The translations under genes and the position numbers were made by a program. Below, one piece after another: positions 49,187-60,271 of a stretch of 64,000 nt of DNA (position 1 is the stretch's first letter; every line of letters starts with the position of its first letter). The notes below the pieces were generated by a model that made no database searches, was not told the origin of the DNA, and worked only from the letters and a program-made list of their open reading frames with translations. Source of the stretch: Spirochaetia bacterium (GTDB taxonomy: Bacteria; Spirochaetota; Spirochaetia; SP-2023); contig CBDDCK010000005.1 in the NCBI GenBank assembly GCA_965225855.1, positions 1,120,001 through 1,184,000 on the forward strand, in the 5' to 3' direction.

Positions 49187-51497
49187 TTATCGTAATAATT
49201 CTGAGCTGTTTTTTTGTTTTAGTCAAATTTTTTGTCAGTTGTGGCGGGAAAGAATCGGGATAAATGGTATTGAGAACAGTAATGGCATCATTCCAGCCGT
49301 ATAAAACAGAATAGTAAATAGCTGCTGCACTAATTTTTTGGACATACAAGCGCGTTTCCAACACGGGTATACTGTTATTAAAATTTAAACCATTTAATGA
49401 GCCCAAGCGAGCTTTCCACTTACGAATATTGCCCAAACCTGCATTATAGGCCATGAGAGCTTGGGCAAAATTTTTGGTCCAGCGGTGGTCAATAAGGTAG
49501 CGCAAATAGTAAGAACCAATTTTTAAATTGGTTCTCGGGTCTTTGGCATCGGGGTTGCGGTAGCCAATTTTTTGAGCCACTTCATTCATGGTTGCCGGCA
49601 TTAACTGGCTCAAACCTACAGCTCCAGCATGCGAAACTACTGTTGGAGCAAAATAACTTTCTTGGCGCACTAAACCATAGAATATAGACCGGGGCAGATT
49701 ATATTTCTGGGTAAAATTGCTCATCAATTCCCAAAATGCTTTGGGGTAAAATAATTCCAAAGCCTCACGAGACATATTGTAATTGTCATCGTAGGTTAAT
49801 TGGGCTGCCATGCGCATACTCAGATCATAGACCCCTTGAAGTTGTATCTTGCGGGAAAAATCGACAATACTACTGGCAGCCAATTCTTTGTGGTACAGGC
49901 GGGTTAAGCGCAATGCTTCATTGTTAAAACCATTTTCCACCAGCATGCTTAGCAACGCATGTAGCTCTTCTTGTAAAGGGGATAAAGGTTTTTGAGGTTC
50001 ACTCTTACTAAGTTCGGGCAGCAAAGGCTCTCCGTGATCGGCCCGCAATACAAATAAACGAACATCAGAAAGCACTCTTTTACGAATGGAAGCGGGAATT
50101 TTTTGCCATTCATTGTGGCTCAAAGGTTTGCCTTTGGCTAGGCGGTAGTTCCAAGCACTTTCTAAGATCAAATCTTCATGGCCCCATTGCAGTGCCTCTT
50201 CAAATATTTGTTCTAGCAAAGCAGTTTTTTTCCGCAAAAACATACTGCGGTAAATTTGACGAAATAGGCGAATATTACTGTTGTTCAAGTTTACTTTGGG
50301 TTGTTCGCTATACCAAGAGCGCAGAAAATCAGGGAAGTCCGCCCAATGGTCGGCATTTTTGAAAAAATACAAATATTCTGTTAGCAACCAAGGGCGCAGA
50401 GAATTATCATTGATAAACTGGCTACGGTATTTTTCCATGTTGGAAAAATTGCGTTTATTGCGGATAGACCAATATACCAAATGGTTGTGGGCTTTTGGAG
50501 TAAAATTTAACGAAGTTTGGCCATCAAGCAAGCTTTGTAAACGCTGACGTCCATTTTTGACGTTGGTTGCCTGTGAACGGTAGTTGTTGGCTATAAAAAT
50601 GGCTCGACCAGTATCTTCTATCAAGATATGCTGGCTCCACCAAAAACGCAGATCATCGCTTAAGATTTCTTTGCCATTGAGCTGTTTGCCATTGGCAAAT
50701 AATACGGGCAGAGTTGCCGAAAATTGTTCTTGTAGCAATGCCACTTTCCAAGCCAAACTTTGCAATAAAAATGGCCCATCTTGACTAGAATCTAGTAATG
50801 TTTTCCACTCTGGACGAATATTTAAATCTTCTTGTAGTTTTTTGTGCTGGGCAGTGGTGGCAAAATTTAGTACAACCTTGCGCATATAATCATTGGCTTT
50901 CGCACGCTCGCGTCCTAACAAAGCCAATTTCAAGCCCAATATCGAGTGTTCCAAATTTAATTCACCGTTTTTATTGTTATTCAAAAATTGAACCCAATAA
51001 TTTTCAGACTGTTCAATCAAACCTTTTTGCAAAGCCAAAATAGCTGAACGGACTAACTGCGCATTATCTTGATTTTTTTCTGGTTGTTCTGCTAAATACT
51101 TTCCTAAAGTATCCAAGTGCTCATCAACACTAAAAATTTTATGGGCCTCCATGTATTTCAAGGCAATTTTTTTGCCATAGTCACTGCCAGAATAAGCTTG
51201 CACCATCATAGCCCGGCGGTATAACTGCCATTCTTTTTCTTCTGCAAAAATCAAAGCGATGGTGTATAAGCTGTCTTCACCCAGTAGCAGGGCTTCTTGC
51301 ATTGCCTGTTCTGTATTGTTTTCATTCAAATAATTTATAATTTCATTTAGATTTCGCTGCTGCAAATATTGCTGAATTTGTTGCACTTCCATACCCCAAA
51401 CCAATTTGGGCTGTACTGCTGTTGTATTGCAAGAATGCAGCCAGAGAGTTAGAAAAAAACCTACTAACAAAAAAGATCGAAGCTTTATACAATGCAT
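49170..51497 (-). CDS. Soluble lytic transglycosylase (Slt70-like) lipoprotein
   Basis: Lipobox WLHS-C; C-terminal SLT domain LVRQESYF, SHAGAVGLSQLMPAT, AYNAG.G, ETRLYVQK. Confidence 0.9.
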   Translation of the reverse strand: MHCIKLRSFLLVGFFLTLWLHSCNTTAVQPKLVWGMEVQQIQQYLQQRNLNEIINYLNENNTEQAMQEALLLGEDSLYTIALIFAEEKEWQLYRRAMMVQAYSGSDYGKKIALKYMEAHKIFSVDEHLDTLGKYLAEQPEKNQDNAQLVRSAILALQKGLIEQSENYWVQFLNNNKNGELNLEHSILGLKLALLGRERAKANDYMRKVVLNFATTAQHKKLQEDLNIRPEWKTLLDSSQDGPFLLQSLAWKVALLQEQFSATLPVLFANGKQLNGKEILSDDLRFWWSQHILIEDTGRAIFIANNYRSQATNVKNGRQRLQSLLDGQTSLNFTPKAHNHLVYWSIRNKRNFSNMEKYRSQFINDNSLRPWLLTEYLYFFKNADHWADFPDFLRSWYSEQPKVNLNNSNIRLFRQIYRSMFLRKKTALLEQIFEEALQWGHEDLILESAWNYRLAKGKPLSHNEWQKIPASIRKRVLSDVRLFVLRADHGEPLLPELSKSEPQKPLSPLQEELHALLSMLVENGFNNEALRLTRLYHKELAASSIVDFSRKIQLQGVYDLSMRMAAQLTYDDNYNMSREALELFYPKAFWELMSNFTQKYNLPRSIFYGLVRQESYFAPTVVSHAGAVGLSQLMPATMNEVAQKIGYRNPDAKDPRTNLKIGSYYLRYLIDHRWTKNFAQALMAYNAGLGNIRKWKARLGSLNGLNFNNSIPVLETRLYVQKISAAAIYYSVLYGWNDAITVLNTIYPDSFPPQLTKNLTKTKKQLRIITINEYNS

Positions 51498-51676
51498 AAT
51501 AAAGTAATTCAAACGCACAGAAACATCCTTTCCATAAAATACCTATTTTTTGTAGCTTAAGATTATAAACAAGGAATTTTACAAAAAAGTGGTATTTTTA
51601 CAAGCGATTTATAGCAACAACAAATCTTGGCGTATTTTAATACTCAAATTTTTAGCCTAATTTTTTAGCCTACTGC

Positions 51677-51705
51677 TTGACACTTTACCAGCATTTTTTT
51701 ATCGT
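51677..51705 (+). promoter_or_regulatory. sigma70-type promoter of the tRNA
   Basis: TTGACA-17 bp-TATCGT, 15 bp upstream of the tRNA. Confidence 0.6.
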
Positions 51706-51720
51706 ATTAAGTAGTTGCAA

Positions 51721-51793
<73 letters not shown>

Positions 51794-51796
51794 TTC

Positions 51797-51836
51797 AAAA
51801 AAATTAATAGGCATGCGCATGCCTATTAATTTTTTT
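51797..51836. terminator. Perfect 40-bp palindrome, terminator after the tRNA
   Basis: AAAAAAATTAATAGGCATGC|GCATGCCTATTAATTTTTTT. Confidence 0.85.
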
Positions 51837-51890
51837 TATTGTAGCCGTTTTGCGCTATAACATTTTTTATGTTAGGAAAAACTCCATTTT

Positions 51891-52883
51891 ATGGATCAAA
51901 GTTTCAAGCAAGAACAAAGAGATTATATTACCAAGCAAAATGGTACAGAGCCTGCTTTTCTTAACGCTTATTGGGACCATTATGCGCCTGGGCTCTATGT
52001 TGATCCATATACTGGGCAAGTATTATTTGCCTCAATTCATAAATATGATTCTGGTTCGGGTTGGCCTAGTTTTTATAAGGCTGTCCACCACAATGCGCTG
52101 GAATTTTTAGAAGATTACAGTTTGGGTATGAAACGCACGGAAGTGCGCAGTCGTAGTTCTAATTCTCATTTGGGGCATGTATTTGATGATGGTTTTTTGC
52201 CATCTGGCAAGCGTTATTGTATTAATTCTGCTGCTTTGGATTTTGTGGGAGCAAAAACGGCTAGAGAAACTCTTCCCAGATATGCTGCGTTGTTCGTGGA
52301 AAACCCCCAAAATCCCAAGGAAAATATTTTGGTAACGGGTTTGGAAGAAGCCGAGCCTTTATTTGCTACTGCTATTTTTGCTGGAGGATGTTTTTGGTGC
52401 ACCGAAGCAACTTTTGAAAAACAAGAAGGCGTGATGAAAGTACTAAGTGGCTATACCGGTGGTACTGTGCCCAATCCCAGTTATCGGGAAGTTTGTCGCG
52501 GTACTACAGGGCACTATGAAGCGGTTCTTATTTTGTACCAGCCAGCCGTTATTGCCTACCAAACTTTGCTAGATATTTTCTGGCGGCAGATTGACCCAAC
52601 CGATAACGGGGGCCAGTTTTACGACCGAGGTAGCCAGTACCGCACAGCAATATTTTATCGCGGGGAAAATGAGCGCATGCTAGCCGAGCAAAGTAAAAAT
52701 AATTTGAGTAAGCAAAAGATCTTTGGTGAACAGCCCATTGTCAGTGAAATATTGCCAGAGCAAACTTTTTATCTTGCAGAAGATGAGCATCAAGATTATT
52801 TTGTCAAAGAAACACTCAAGTACCAAAATTATGTCAAAGCTTCAAAGCGAGGCGATTTTTTGCAGTCCATTTGGAATAAATAA
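51891..52883 (+). CDS. msrAB: Bifunctional peptide methionine sulfoxide reductase, MsrB-MsrA order
   Basis: MsrB: GTEPAF, SGSGWPSF, HLGHVFDDG, RYCINSAAL. MsrA: FAGGCFWC, SGYTGG, GQFYDRGSQYRTAIF, AEDEHQDY. Confidence 0.96.
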   Translation: MDQSFKQEQRDYITKQNGTEPAFLNAYWDHYAPGLYVDPYTGQVLFASIHKYDSGSGWPSFYKAVHHNALEFLEDYSLGMKRTEVRSRSSNSHLGHVFDDGFLPSGKRYCINSAALDFVGAKTARETLPRYAALFVENPQNPKENILVTGLEEAEPLFATAIFAGGCFWCTEATFEKQEGVMKVLSGYTGGTVPNPSYREVCRGTTGHYEAVLILYQPAVIAYQTLLDIFWRQIDPTDNGGQFYDRGSQYRTAIFYRGENERMLAEQSKNNLSKQKIFGEQPIVSEILPEQTFYLAEDEHQDYFVKETLKYQNYVKASKRGDFLQSIWNK

Positions 52884-52984
52884 CAAGTATTTTGGATTTT
52901 GGCAAAAGCAGCCTTGATAAAAAACTTACCAAGGCTGCTATTGGCCAATGCAAGCGCAGTTAAACAAAACCCTACTTACCCAAT

Positions 52985-54799
52985 TTAAAACTTGTATATA
53001 CTACTAGTGGTTGAGTCTTCTGGACTACCCATTGTAAATCCTGCTGCTCCTTCAAGTTTGTATTCACCATTATCATCACTATAACCAGCCTTAACCAGTA
53101 TCTTCTCGACTTCCGCTTTTATACTACCGCTTAAAGTAATCAATAATTTTTTTGTACTTGCTGTAGAACCTTCGGCTCTGTTTACACCTGCAGTTGCGTG
53201 CTGGGGTAATGTGTATCTCTTCTTACCATCACCGGATACAAGCGTCAATTTGCTAAAGTCCCACTCTGCAATTGTTGTCGGTAAACGGCCACCTCTAATC
53301 TGTAACAAGCCTGTATTAGCATTGTAGTATACTTCGTCGATATAACTTACATACCCACTAACGGTAATAGGGTTATTGCTTGTGTCTTCAGCCCTACCAC
53401 CTGCAAATCCTGCTGATGCTTCCAGGTTGTATGCACCAGTATCATCACTATCACCATTCTTAACCAATATAGCACCGGCTTTTAATTGTTCACTACCCGT
53501 TAAAGTAATCGTTAAGCTTGTTGCACTTGCTGCAGAACCTTTGACTAAATAGTTGTCCTGGGATAATGTGTATTTCTTCTTACCATCACCGGATACAAGC
53601 GTCAATTTGCTAAAGTCCCAGCCTGTAACTGCTTTTGGTAAATTAGTACCTGTAATCACTAACACGCCTGTATTAGCATTGTAGGTTGCACTGGTAATTG
53701 CGGGTGGGTGTCCACTAACGGCCAAGGCTTTGGCTGTATTTAAACCCGCCCAAGTACCAGTGCCAACGCTAAGCAACCCATCTTTTAGACCATTGCTATC
53801 CATACCTGTCTTGCCATTCAGAGTAGCTTTATGTCGATCGGTAAGGTAAAGCCAAAGCGCTGTGCCATCGCTTTTAATGCGGTATTTACCTTTTGCAAGA
53901 CCGCGACTATCTGGCCCAGTGGCTGTGGCATCTGCAATATAGGAACTTAAGGCTAAGCCATCTACCACGATAGTTTGGATTTGTGCTTGGGTCGCACTGG
54001 TAGCATTTAAGTTAGAACCTTGTAAAGTTAACAGCGCCGTGCCAACATTGTAGCTTGCACGGGTAATTGCAGCTTCTTCGGTTTCGGTCTTAGACTGCTG
54101 ATCTTCGACTTGTTCGGTTTGTTCGGCTTCGGGTAGTTCAGGCGACTGCTGTTCGACTTGTTCAGCTTGTTCGACTTGTTCGTCTTTAGGTTGCTTAGGC
54201 GACTCTTCTTCAGCTTGTTCGACTTGTTTGTCTTTAGGTTGCTTAGGCGACTCTTCTTCAGCTTGTTCGACTTGTTTGTCTTTAGGTTGCTTAGGCGACT
54301 TATCTTCGGCTTCGGTCTCAGACTGCTTATCGGGTACATTACTAACGTCCAAGTCTTTGGCTGTATTTAAACCCGCCCAAGCACCAGAGCCAACGCTAAG
54401 CAACCCTTTTTTTAGACCATTGCTATCCATACCTTTCTTGCCATTCAGAGTAGCTTTATGTCGATCGGTAAGTTTCAGCCAAAGCGCTGTGCCATCGCTT
54501 TTAATACGGTACTTACCTTTTGCAAGACTGCGACTATCTGGCCCAGTGGCTGGGTCATCTGCAGTATAGGAATCTAAGGCTACACCATCTACTACGATGG
54601 TTTGGATTTGGGCTTCTGTAGGACTTAAGTTAGAACCTTGTACGGTTAACAGAGCCGTAGCAAAGTCGTAGATGGCGTTATTGATAGTCGACTTAGACGG
54701 CCCAGAAGACGGCGCATCGTCATCGGGTGGTGCGCAGGCCAAGGCCATAAAGGCCAGTAGCAATGCTACTGGCAATAAAAATAGTTTGAGCTTATACAT
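52985..54799 (-). CDS. Surface lipoprotein, paralog 2 of 36290-38110
   Basis: Same RBS, signal peptide (LAFMALA-C) and four-domain layout; linker with 48-bp repeats (SPKQPKDKQVEQAEEE) at 54193, 54241 and 54289. Confidence 0.85.
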   Translation of the reverse strand: MYKLKLFLLPVALLLAFMALACAPPDDDAPSSGPSKSTINNAIYDFATALLTVQGSNLSPTEAQIQTIVVDGVALDSYTADDPATGPDSRSLAKGKYRIKSDGTALWLKLTDRHKATLNGKKGMDSNGLKKGLLSVGSGAWAGLNTAKDLDVSNVPDKQSETEAEDKSPKQPKDKQVEQAEEESPKQPKDKQVEQAEEESPKQPKDEQVEQAEQVEQQSPELPEAEQTEQVEDQQSKTETEEAAITRASYNVGTALLTLQGSNLNATSATQAQIQTIVVDGLALSSYIADATATGPDSRGLAKGKYRIKSDGTALWLYLTDRHKATLNGKTGMDSNGLKDGLLSVGTGTWAGLNTAKALAVSGHPPAITSATYNANTGVLVITGTNLPKAVTGWDFSKLTLVSGDGKKKYTLSQDNYLVKGSAASATSLTITLTGSEQLKAGAILVKNGDSDDTGAYNLEASAGFAGGRAEDTSNNPITVSGYVSYIDEVYYNANTGLLQIRGGRLPTTIAEWDFSKLTLVSGDGKKRYTLPQHATAGVNRAEGSTASTKKLLITLSGSIKAEVEKILVKAGYSDDNGEYKLEGAAGFTMGSPEDSTTSSIYKF

Positions 54800-55050
54800 A
54801 AGCAATACCTCCAAAAATGGATAAAGATTGGCCAACCCATACGGGCTAGTCTGTAAATCCCTATTTTGCTAGGGGGGGTGTTGCGTCAAGGCCCATATAA
54901 GCTTTTTGTAAGTTTTTTTGTGCTTTTTTTATGTTTGGGGCACTTTTTTTGTGTGTTAGTGTTGTTTTTTAGTGTTGTAAGGTAGTTAAAAATCCATGCC
55001 AATCAAAAGGCTTGTGGGTGTTGAAATCAAAAGGCTTAAGGGCCTTTGTT

Positions 55051-55240
55051 TGGCCTTTGGGGTGGGAAAGTGTAGAATTGAATAAAATACTTGATTACAC
55101 TTCGATTACACTATGGGGCAATCTCCAAAAGGTGAAACATTTAATGAAAATGAAAACAGGATATTATTCTTTCAGGGGCGTTCAGAATTTGGGCAACGAT
55201 TGCCGATGATTGTTGTATAGGTCGTGGATTATGTGCCGAT
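55051..55240 (+). pseudogene. Remnant of a type I R-M specificity (HsdS) target-recognition domain
   Basis: PLGWESVELNKILDYT, an 11-bp insertion duplicating GATTACACT, then MGQSPKGETFNENENRILFFQGRSEFGQRLP, then in another frame DCCIGRGLCA. Confidence 0.8.
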
Positions 55241-55270
55241 GTAGAAAATTTCATTAAAGACTAGGGTATT

Positions 55271-55393
55271 AATAGGTGGGAGGTAATTCTATTGATAGAT
55301 TTAGGTCAATTCTATCAATAGGTGCGAGGTAAATCTATTGATAGAATTAGGTCGATTCTATTATATAGGTGAGAGGTAATTCTATTGATAGAG
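55271..55393. repeat. 46/47-bp tandem repeat (about 2.6 copies) built of ~23-bp half units
   Basis: ATAGGTGNGAGGTAAWTCTATTGATAGAWTTAGGTCRATTCTAT units at 55271, 55317 and 55364; contains TCTATTGATAG and its complement CTATCAATAG. Confidence 0.9.
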
Positions 55394-55887
55394 GGGGCTG
55401 GGGTATTTATTTATCGGTATTGTTCTGCTTTAGCCTTAGCTAAAATTTCTTTTACCAGCCTATCATTAATAATCGTTTGGCTATGTTTTAGGGTTTTTTA
55501 TCTGAAGCCCTTTCGCCTTTACCTTGCGGCTCTTCTGGATATATACCGAAAGCGCTTTGCGCAAACAACTTTGGCCATACAGTGTTGATCGGGTTTGTTG
55601 CTTTGGGGTGTTGGGTGGGGCTGGGGCAGTTATTGGGTGGGGGGCTATTGTTGCTTTTTAATTATTTATCTGCTATGGAGACGATATAAGTGAGCAGACT
55701 AAATTAGAGCTATCCCAAGAAAGCTAAAGAAGAAACGAAACGCCTAGAAGTATTTACTAAAGTAACTCATCGTTAGCTTACAGAGGACAAAATAAATGCC
55801 ATACATGAGCCCAAATGCTGCAAATATTCAAACCAGAAGACAAGACTAAGACAAGGCTTATTTTCTAGGCGATACAATAATTGAAAG

Positions 55888-56505
55888 TCAAAACTTTTCC
55901 AAGAATTCATTGTATCGATATTCATACAAATCCAATTCTTCTTGCTGTTTTGCTTTTAATTCATCTAAATACATTTTATCTAAAATCTTGTAGCGCAATT
56001 GTTTTTCCAGCATCACCATCGTTTGTTGATTTTGCCATACACTCCGCTGCGGGCTCAATTGATTTGGGTTGCCATAATTTTGGGCCAATTTGCGAAAAAT
56101 TTGGTCATAGGAACTCCATTGCAAATCCAGAAAAATCGTAATCGCTACCAGTTTGGGCTCTGAATCCTCTCCTGAAACGACAAACTGAAATAACCCTTTA
56201 TCGACAAAACCATTGCCTTGCACTTCAATCAGAGTTTGCCTTCCTTCTTCAATTTCTGAAAGGTACTCGTCATATAAAAAATGGTAATAACCATCTGGCA
56301 AAGTATCATCGTTTTTATTTTCTTTTCTACTAATTTGCTTGCGAAATTGCTCAATCGTTTGGCCTAGCTCTATCCCAATAAAACTTCGCTTCAAATCTTG
56401 GCTAGTTACTACAGTTTGGGAAGGTTCTTGACTTATCAGCAAAGAACTTAAATGGGAAGATAAAACTAGCAATAAAATAAATTTACAATAAAAACAATAC
56501 TTCAT
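55888..56505 (-). CDS. Exported hypothetical protein
   Basis: 205-aa ORF with a signal-peptide-like N-terminus; FIGIELG, LIEVQG..FVDKGLFQF, YGNP..LSPQRSVW. Confidence 0.7.
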   Translation of the reverse strand: MKYCFYCKFILLLVLSSHLSSLLISQEPSQTVVTSQDLKRSFIGIELGQTIEQFRKQISRKENKNDDTLPDGYYHFLYDEYLSEIEEGRQTLIEVQGNGFVDKGLFQFVVSGEDSEPKLVAITIFLDLQWSSYDQIFRKLAQNYGNPNQLSPQRSVWQNQQTMVMLEKQLRYKILDKMYLDELKAKQQEELDLYEYRYNEFLEKF

Positions 56506-56716
56506 TTACAATGGACCAAACCTAAACACATCATCATGAAAATTAAAGATAAAAATAAAATCGCCGTTTATTCTAGCTCTAACGGTTATATTTGACAAAC
56601 ACTTTACAGAAAAGATTGATTTTAGAACTTAGCACAATTTAAATTTAAAAACTATTTATTGTAATTTTATTAAAAAAACAATAATATAGTGCATAAACTT
56701 AATTAGAGGAGCTTTT

Positions 56717-58915
56717 ATGCCAACAGTCGATATTCCAATGTTTTTTTGGTTAATACCTTCCTGCGCCTTAGCAGCAATTATTACTGCATATATATTATAT
56801 AAGTGGTCAGCCGGGCACAGTGAAGGTACAGAAAAGATGAAACAAATAGCAGAATCTGTACGTTTAGGTGCTATGGCCTATTTACGTCAACAATATCGGG
56901 TAATGTCTTTATTTTTTATCGTTATTGCAATTTTATTTTTGGTTTCTGCTTTGACTTCTACTATTAGTTTATGGACACCATTGATTTTTCTTAGTGGTGG
57001 TATTTTTTCCGCATTGGCTGGGTATTTCGGTATGAAGACAGCCACTATGGCTTCAGCCCGTACGGCAGCAGCAGCTCAAAAATCCTTAAACTCTGGTTTG
57101 ACACTAGCATTTCGCTCTGGCGGGGTAATGGGCTTAGTTGTGGTTGGTTTGGGCTTATTTATGGTTTCTGTTTGGTACATTATACTGAACGGTTCTATGC
57201 AAATAAAAAGCTCATCTGATTTAGGCTTTTTGACTACAACCATTTTAAGCTTTGGTATGGGGGCTTCATTGCAAGCTTTATTTGCCCGAGTAGGGGGCGG
57301 TATTTTTACCAAAGCTGCCGATGTTGGCGGAGACTTAGTGGGCAAAGTGGAAGCAGGTATTCCAGAAGATGACCCGCGCAACCCTGCTGTTATTGCAGAT
57401 AATGTGGGTGATAATGTGGGCGATGTTGCTGGTATGGGAGCCGATTTATTTGAATCTTATGTGGGCTCGATTTTAGCTGCGGGTACTTTGGGGGTTATTG
57501 CCTATACCGGTCTGGAAATGCAATGGAAAGCGGCCTTAGCACCTTTACTCATTTCTGGGCTGGGTATTTTGCTCTCCATAGTGGGTATTTTTTTAGTGCA
57601 CAGCCTCCCTGATGCGGGACAAAAAGAATTGATGAGAGCCTTAGATCGAGGTATTTATTTCAGCACCATCAGCACCGCTTTGGGAGTATTTTTATTGCTC
57701 TATTTGATTGGTTTAGGAAACTGGTTGCAAATTTCTCTAACTGTGGTGATTGGCCTTTTAGTTGGCATAATTGTTGGCAAAGGTACCGAGTATGCGACTT
57801 CTGATGAATTTAAGCCCACCCAAAATTTAGCAGCCAGTGCCGCCTCCGATCCAGCTACCCTAATTATTAACGGTATTGGCAATGGCATGATTTCTACTCT
57901 TTTGCCGGTAATTACCGTGGCTGCCGGTATCATACTTTCCTTTGGTATTGCGGCCGATTGGCAATTTAATGCTGAAAATGTAGTCAATGGTCTCTACGGT
58001 ATCAGCATTGCTGCTGTGGGAATGCTTTCCACTTTAGGGATTACTTTGGCTTCCGATGCTTATGGTCCAATTGCCGACAATGCCGGTGGAAACGCAGAAA
58101 TGGCTGGTCTGCAAAAAGAAGTGCGCAAACGCACCGATGCTTTGGATTCTCTTGGCAATACCACAGCTGCCATTGGCAAAGGTTTTGCCATTGGTTCTGC
58201 AGCTTTGACAGCTTTGGCTCTTTTGGCTTCTTATCTACAGTCTGTGCGTCAAGTTTTATTAAATAGTGGTTCCACTCGTATTGAAATTGGCAATGAAACT
58301 GTAGAAACGGCTACAGCAACCTTTGAACAGATTTTAAATTATTTTGGTGCTAGTTTTATGAACCCATTGACTTTAGTAGGTTTTTTTATTGGTACGGTTG
58401 TTTCTTTCTATTTCTGTGGCTTGACGATGAAAGCAGTAGGTCGTGCCGCAATGTTAATGGTCGATGAAGTTCGCCGCCAATTCCGTGAGATTCCCGGTAT
58501 TATGGATGGCACAGGCAAGCCGGATTATGCAAACTGTGTAACCATTGCCACAAAAGGGGCCCAAAAAGAAATGCTGATACCAGCAGTTATTGCTGTACTA
58601 ACACCAATTATTACAGGTTGGCTACTTGGGGTGGGGGCTGTGTTGGGTCTATTAGTTGGGGCACTATGTGCTTGTTTTACTTTGGCGATTTTTATGGCCA
58701 ATACCGGAGGTTCATGGGATAACGCCAAAAAATATATTGAAACAGGTAAATACGGTGGCAAAGGTTCTCCTTCGCACAAAGCAGCCGTCATTGGAGATAC
58801 TGTAGGGGATCCATTTAAAGATACATCGGGCCCTAGCTTAAATATTTTAATTAAGCTGATGAGTATGGTAGCAATTGCCACTGCAAGCATTTCAACGCTA
58901 TACAATATTGTATAG
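56717..58915 (+). CDS. hppA: Membrane-bound ion-translocating pyrophosphatase, K+-dependent type (probably Na+-pumping)
   Basis: [60 protein letters not shown] (Ala indicates K+ dependence); [17 protein letters not shown]. Confidence 0.96.
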   Translation: MPTVDIPMFFWLIPSCALAAIITAYILYKWSAGHSEGTEKMKQIAESVRLGAMAYLRQQYRVMSLFFIVIAILFLVSALTSTISLWTPLIFLSGGIFSALAGYFGMKTATMASARTAAAAQKSLNSGLTLAFRSGGVMGLVVVGLGLFMVSVWYIILNGSMQIKSSSDLGFLTTTILSFGMGASLQALFARVGGGIFTKAADVGGDLVGKVEAGIPEDDPRNPAVIADNVGDNVGDVAGMGADLFESYVGSILAAGTLGVIAYTGLEMQWKAALAPLLISGLGILLSIVGIFLVHSLPDAGQKELMRALDRGIYFSTISTALGVFLLLYLIGLGNWLQISLTVVIGLLVGIIVGKGTEYATSDEFKPTQNLAASAASDPATLIINGIGNGMISTLLPVITVAAGIILSFGIAADWQFNAENVVNGLYGISIAAVGMLSTLGITLASDAYGPIADNAGGNAEMAGLQKEVRKRTDALDSLGNTTAAIGKGFAIGSAALTALALLASYLQSVRQVLLNSGSTRIEIGNETVETATATFEQILNYFGASFMNPLTLVGFFIGTVVSFYFCGLTMKAVGRAAMLMVDEVRRQFREIPGIMDGTGKPDYANCVTIATKGAQKEMLIPAVIAVLTPIITGWLLGVGAVLGLLVGALCACFTLAIFMANTGGSWDNAKKYIETGKYGGKGSPSHKAAVIGDTVGDPFKDTSGPSLNILIKLMSMVAIATASISTLYNIV

Positions 58916-58930
58916 CGTTGAAATGCTTGC

Positions 58931-58956
58931 AGGAGTTCAAATTTTGAACTCCTTTT
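58931..58956. terminator. Terminator between convergent hppA and rsgA
   Basis: AGGAGTTCAA-ATT-TTGAACTCCT followed by TTT. Confidence 0.8.
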
Positions 58957-58984
58957 CTATAGCAAAAAATTTTGTGACAAAAAA

Positions 58985-60271
58985 CTAATCCAATTCTAAG
59001 TTACTTTCTTCATCACAGTTTAATTTCAACTTTTTTTGCCTATACTTGTTCGTTTTATCTTTTTTGGTTTTTTGTTGGCGATCGTTTAGTTGAGTGTTAT
59101 ATTTGCCAAAATCTTTGCCCTGAGTTTGGTATTTTGGTTTTTCATAAAAACTATTTTCTAAATCATTGTAAAGATTCAAATAAGAAAGATAACGCTGTTC
59201 TGCAATCATTTGATAATCTGCGGCATCACGCACAGCACAATCTGGCTCGTTGCGGTGTTGGCAACTGCTGTAAGCGCAAATTTTGCGTAAACTGTGGAAT
59301 TCAGGATAGTAGTCTTGTAACTGTGGTAATTCCTCTAGGTTCATTTCTGGTAAAAAATTGCGCATACCCGGGGTATCGATCAAACGGTAAGGCTGACCGT
59401 TGTGATACTGAAGCAGGGTACGTGCTAAAACAGTAGTATGGACCCCTCGCTGCCATTTTTGTGAAATGGCACTGGTTTCCTGTAATTGTTGAGGAAACCA
59501 ATAATTACACAAACTAGATTTACCCACTCCAGATGCGCCTAAAATTGCATATAATTTTCCACCGAAGGTTTGGTATAATTTTTGTAACCACATGCGAGAG
59601 GGCCATAAGTAAACCCAGCGCAGCCATGTCTGTACTAATAAATGGCATAAATTCTTGGACTTTTTGAGTTTTAAATTTTCTGGCTGTGTATTGGTGTTGG
59701 CTAAATTGCTTATATCGGTATGGGGTTGCAAATACTTCATGGAAATTGGCCAAAGCTCTATACCTAAATTATAATTCAAGCTCCGATACAAGCGCAAAAA
59801 CTTACGGAAACGATTTAGGTCTTTAAAATTGCTGATACAATCTATTTTATTTAACAGAATTACCGTTGGACAAGCAGTGCGCTGTGTTGCCACTAATAAG
59901 CGGTCCAGAAATGCTGTTCGCAATGGTGGTTCAGACCACGATACCAATAAAATAATGCCATCAATATTTGCGGCAAAAGTTTGGGGTTCTCCACGTTTTA
60001 TATTGCGTCTTTGCAAAGCATTATACCGCTTGATACGATCGTAAATTAAACCTTGATTCTCTTTAGTAGGGGTAAGTAGAACAAAGTCCCCGCAGATTAA
60101 CGGATTGTGCTCTAAAGATTTTTGTTTGAGTATTTTGCCTCGCAAGCGGCACTGTCGTTCACGCCCATCTTGGCAACTTATCTGGAAGATGTTATTTGCT
60201 CCCCACAGTACTTGCCCCACCAGATCACCCGGCTTTTCAAGCTGGTATGATAGTTTTTTTCCTTGCCACAC
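58985..60271 (-). CDS. rsgA: Ribosome small subunit-dependent GTPase A
   Basis: CRLRGK OB fold, AANID, NKID, GASGVGKSSL, RGVHTT, LIDTPG, C....C.H..EPDCAV. Confidence 0.93.
   Translation of the reverse strand: MWQGKKLSYQLEKPGDLVGQVLWGANNIFQISCQDGRERQCRLRGKILKQKSLEHNPLICGDFVLLTPTKENQGLIYDRIKRYNALQRRNIKRGEPQTFAANIDGIILLVSWSEPPLRTAFLDRLLVATQRTACPTVILLNKIDCISNFKDLNRFRKFLRLYRSLNYNLGIELWPISMKYLQPHTDISNLANTNTQPENLKLKKSKNLCHLLVQTWLRWVYLWPSRMWLQKLYQTFGGKLYAILGASGVGKSSLCNYWFPQQLQETSAISQKWQRGVHTTVLARTLLQYHNGQPYRLIDTPGMRNFLPEMNLEELPQLQDYYPEFHSLRKICAYSSCQHRNEPDCAVRDAADYQMIAEQRYLSYLNLYNDLENSFYEKPKYQTQGKDFGKYNTQLNDRQQKTKKDKTNKYRQKKLKLNCDEESNLELD

Noticed and set aside
55690..55880. Possible gene remnant between the lipoprotein flank and the hypothetical gene
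   Set aside because: It looks coding-like but has stops and no motif I can assign.
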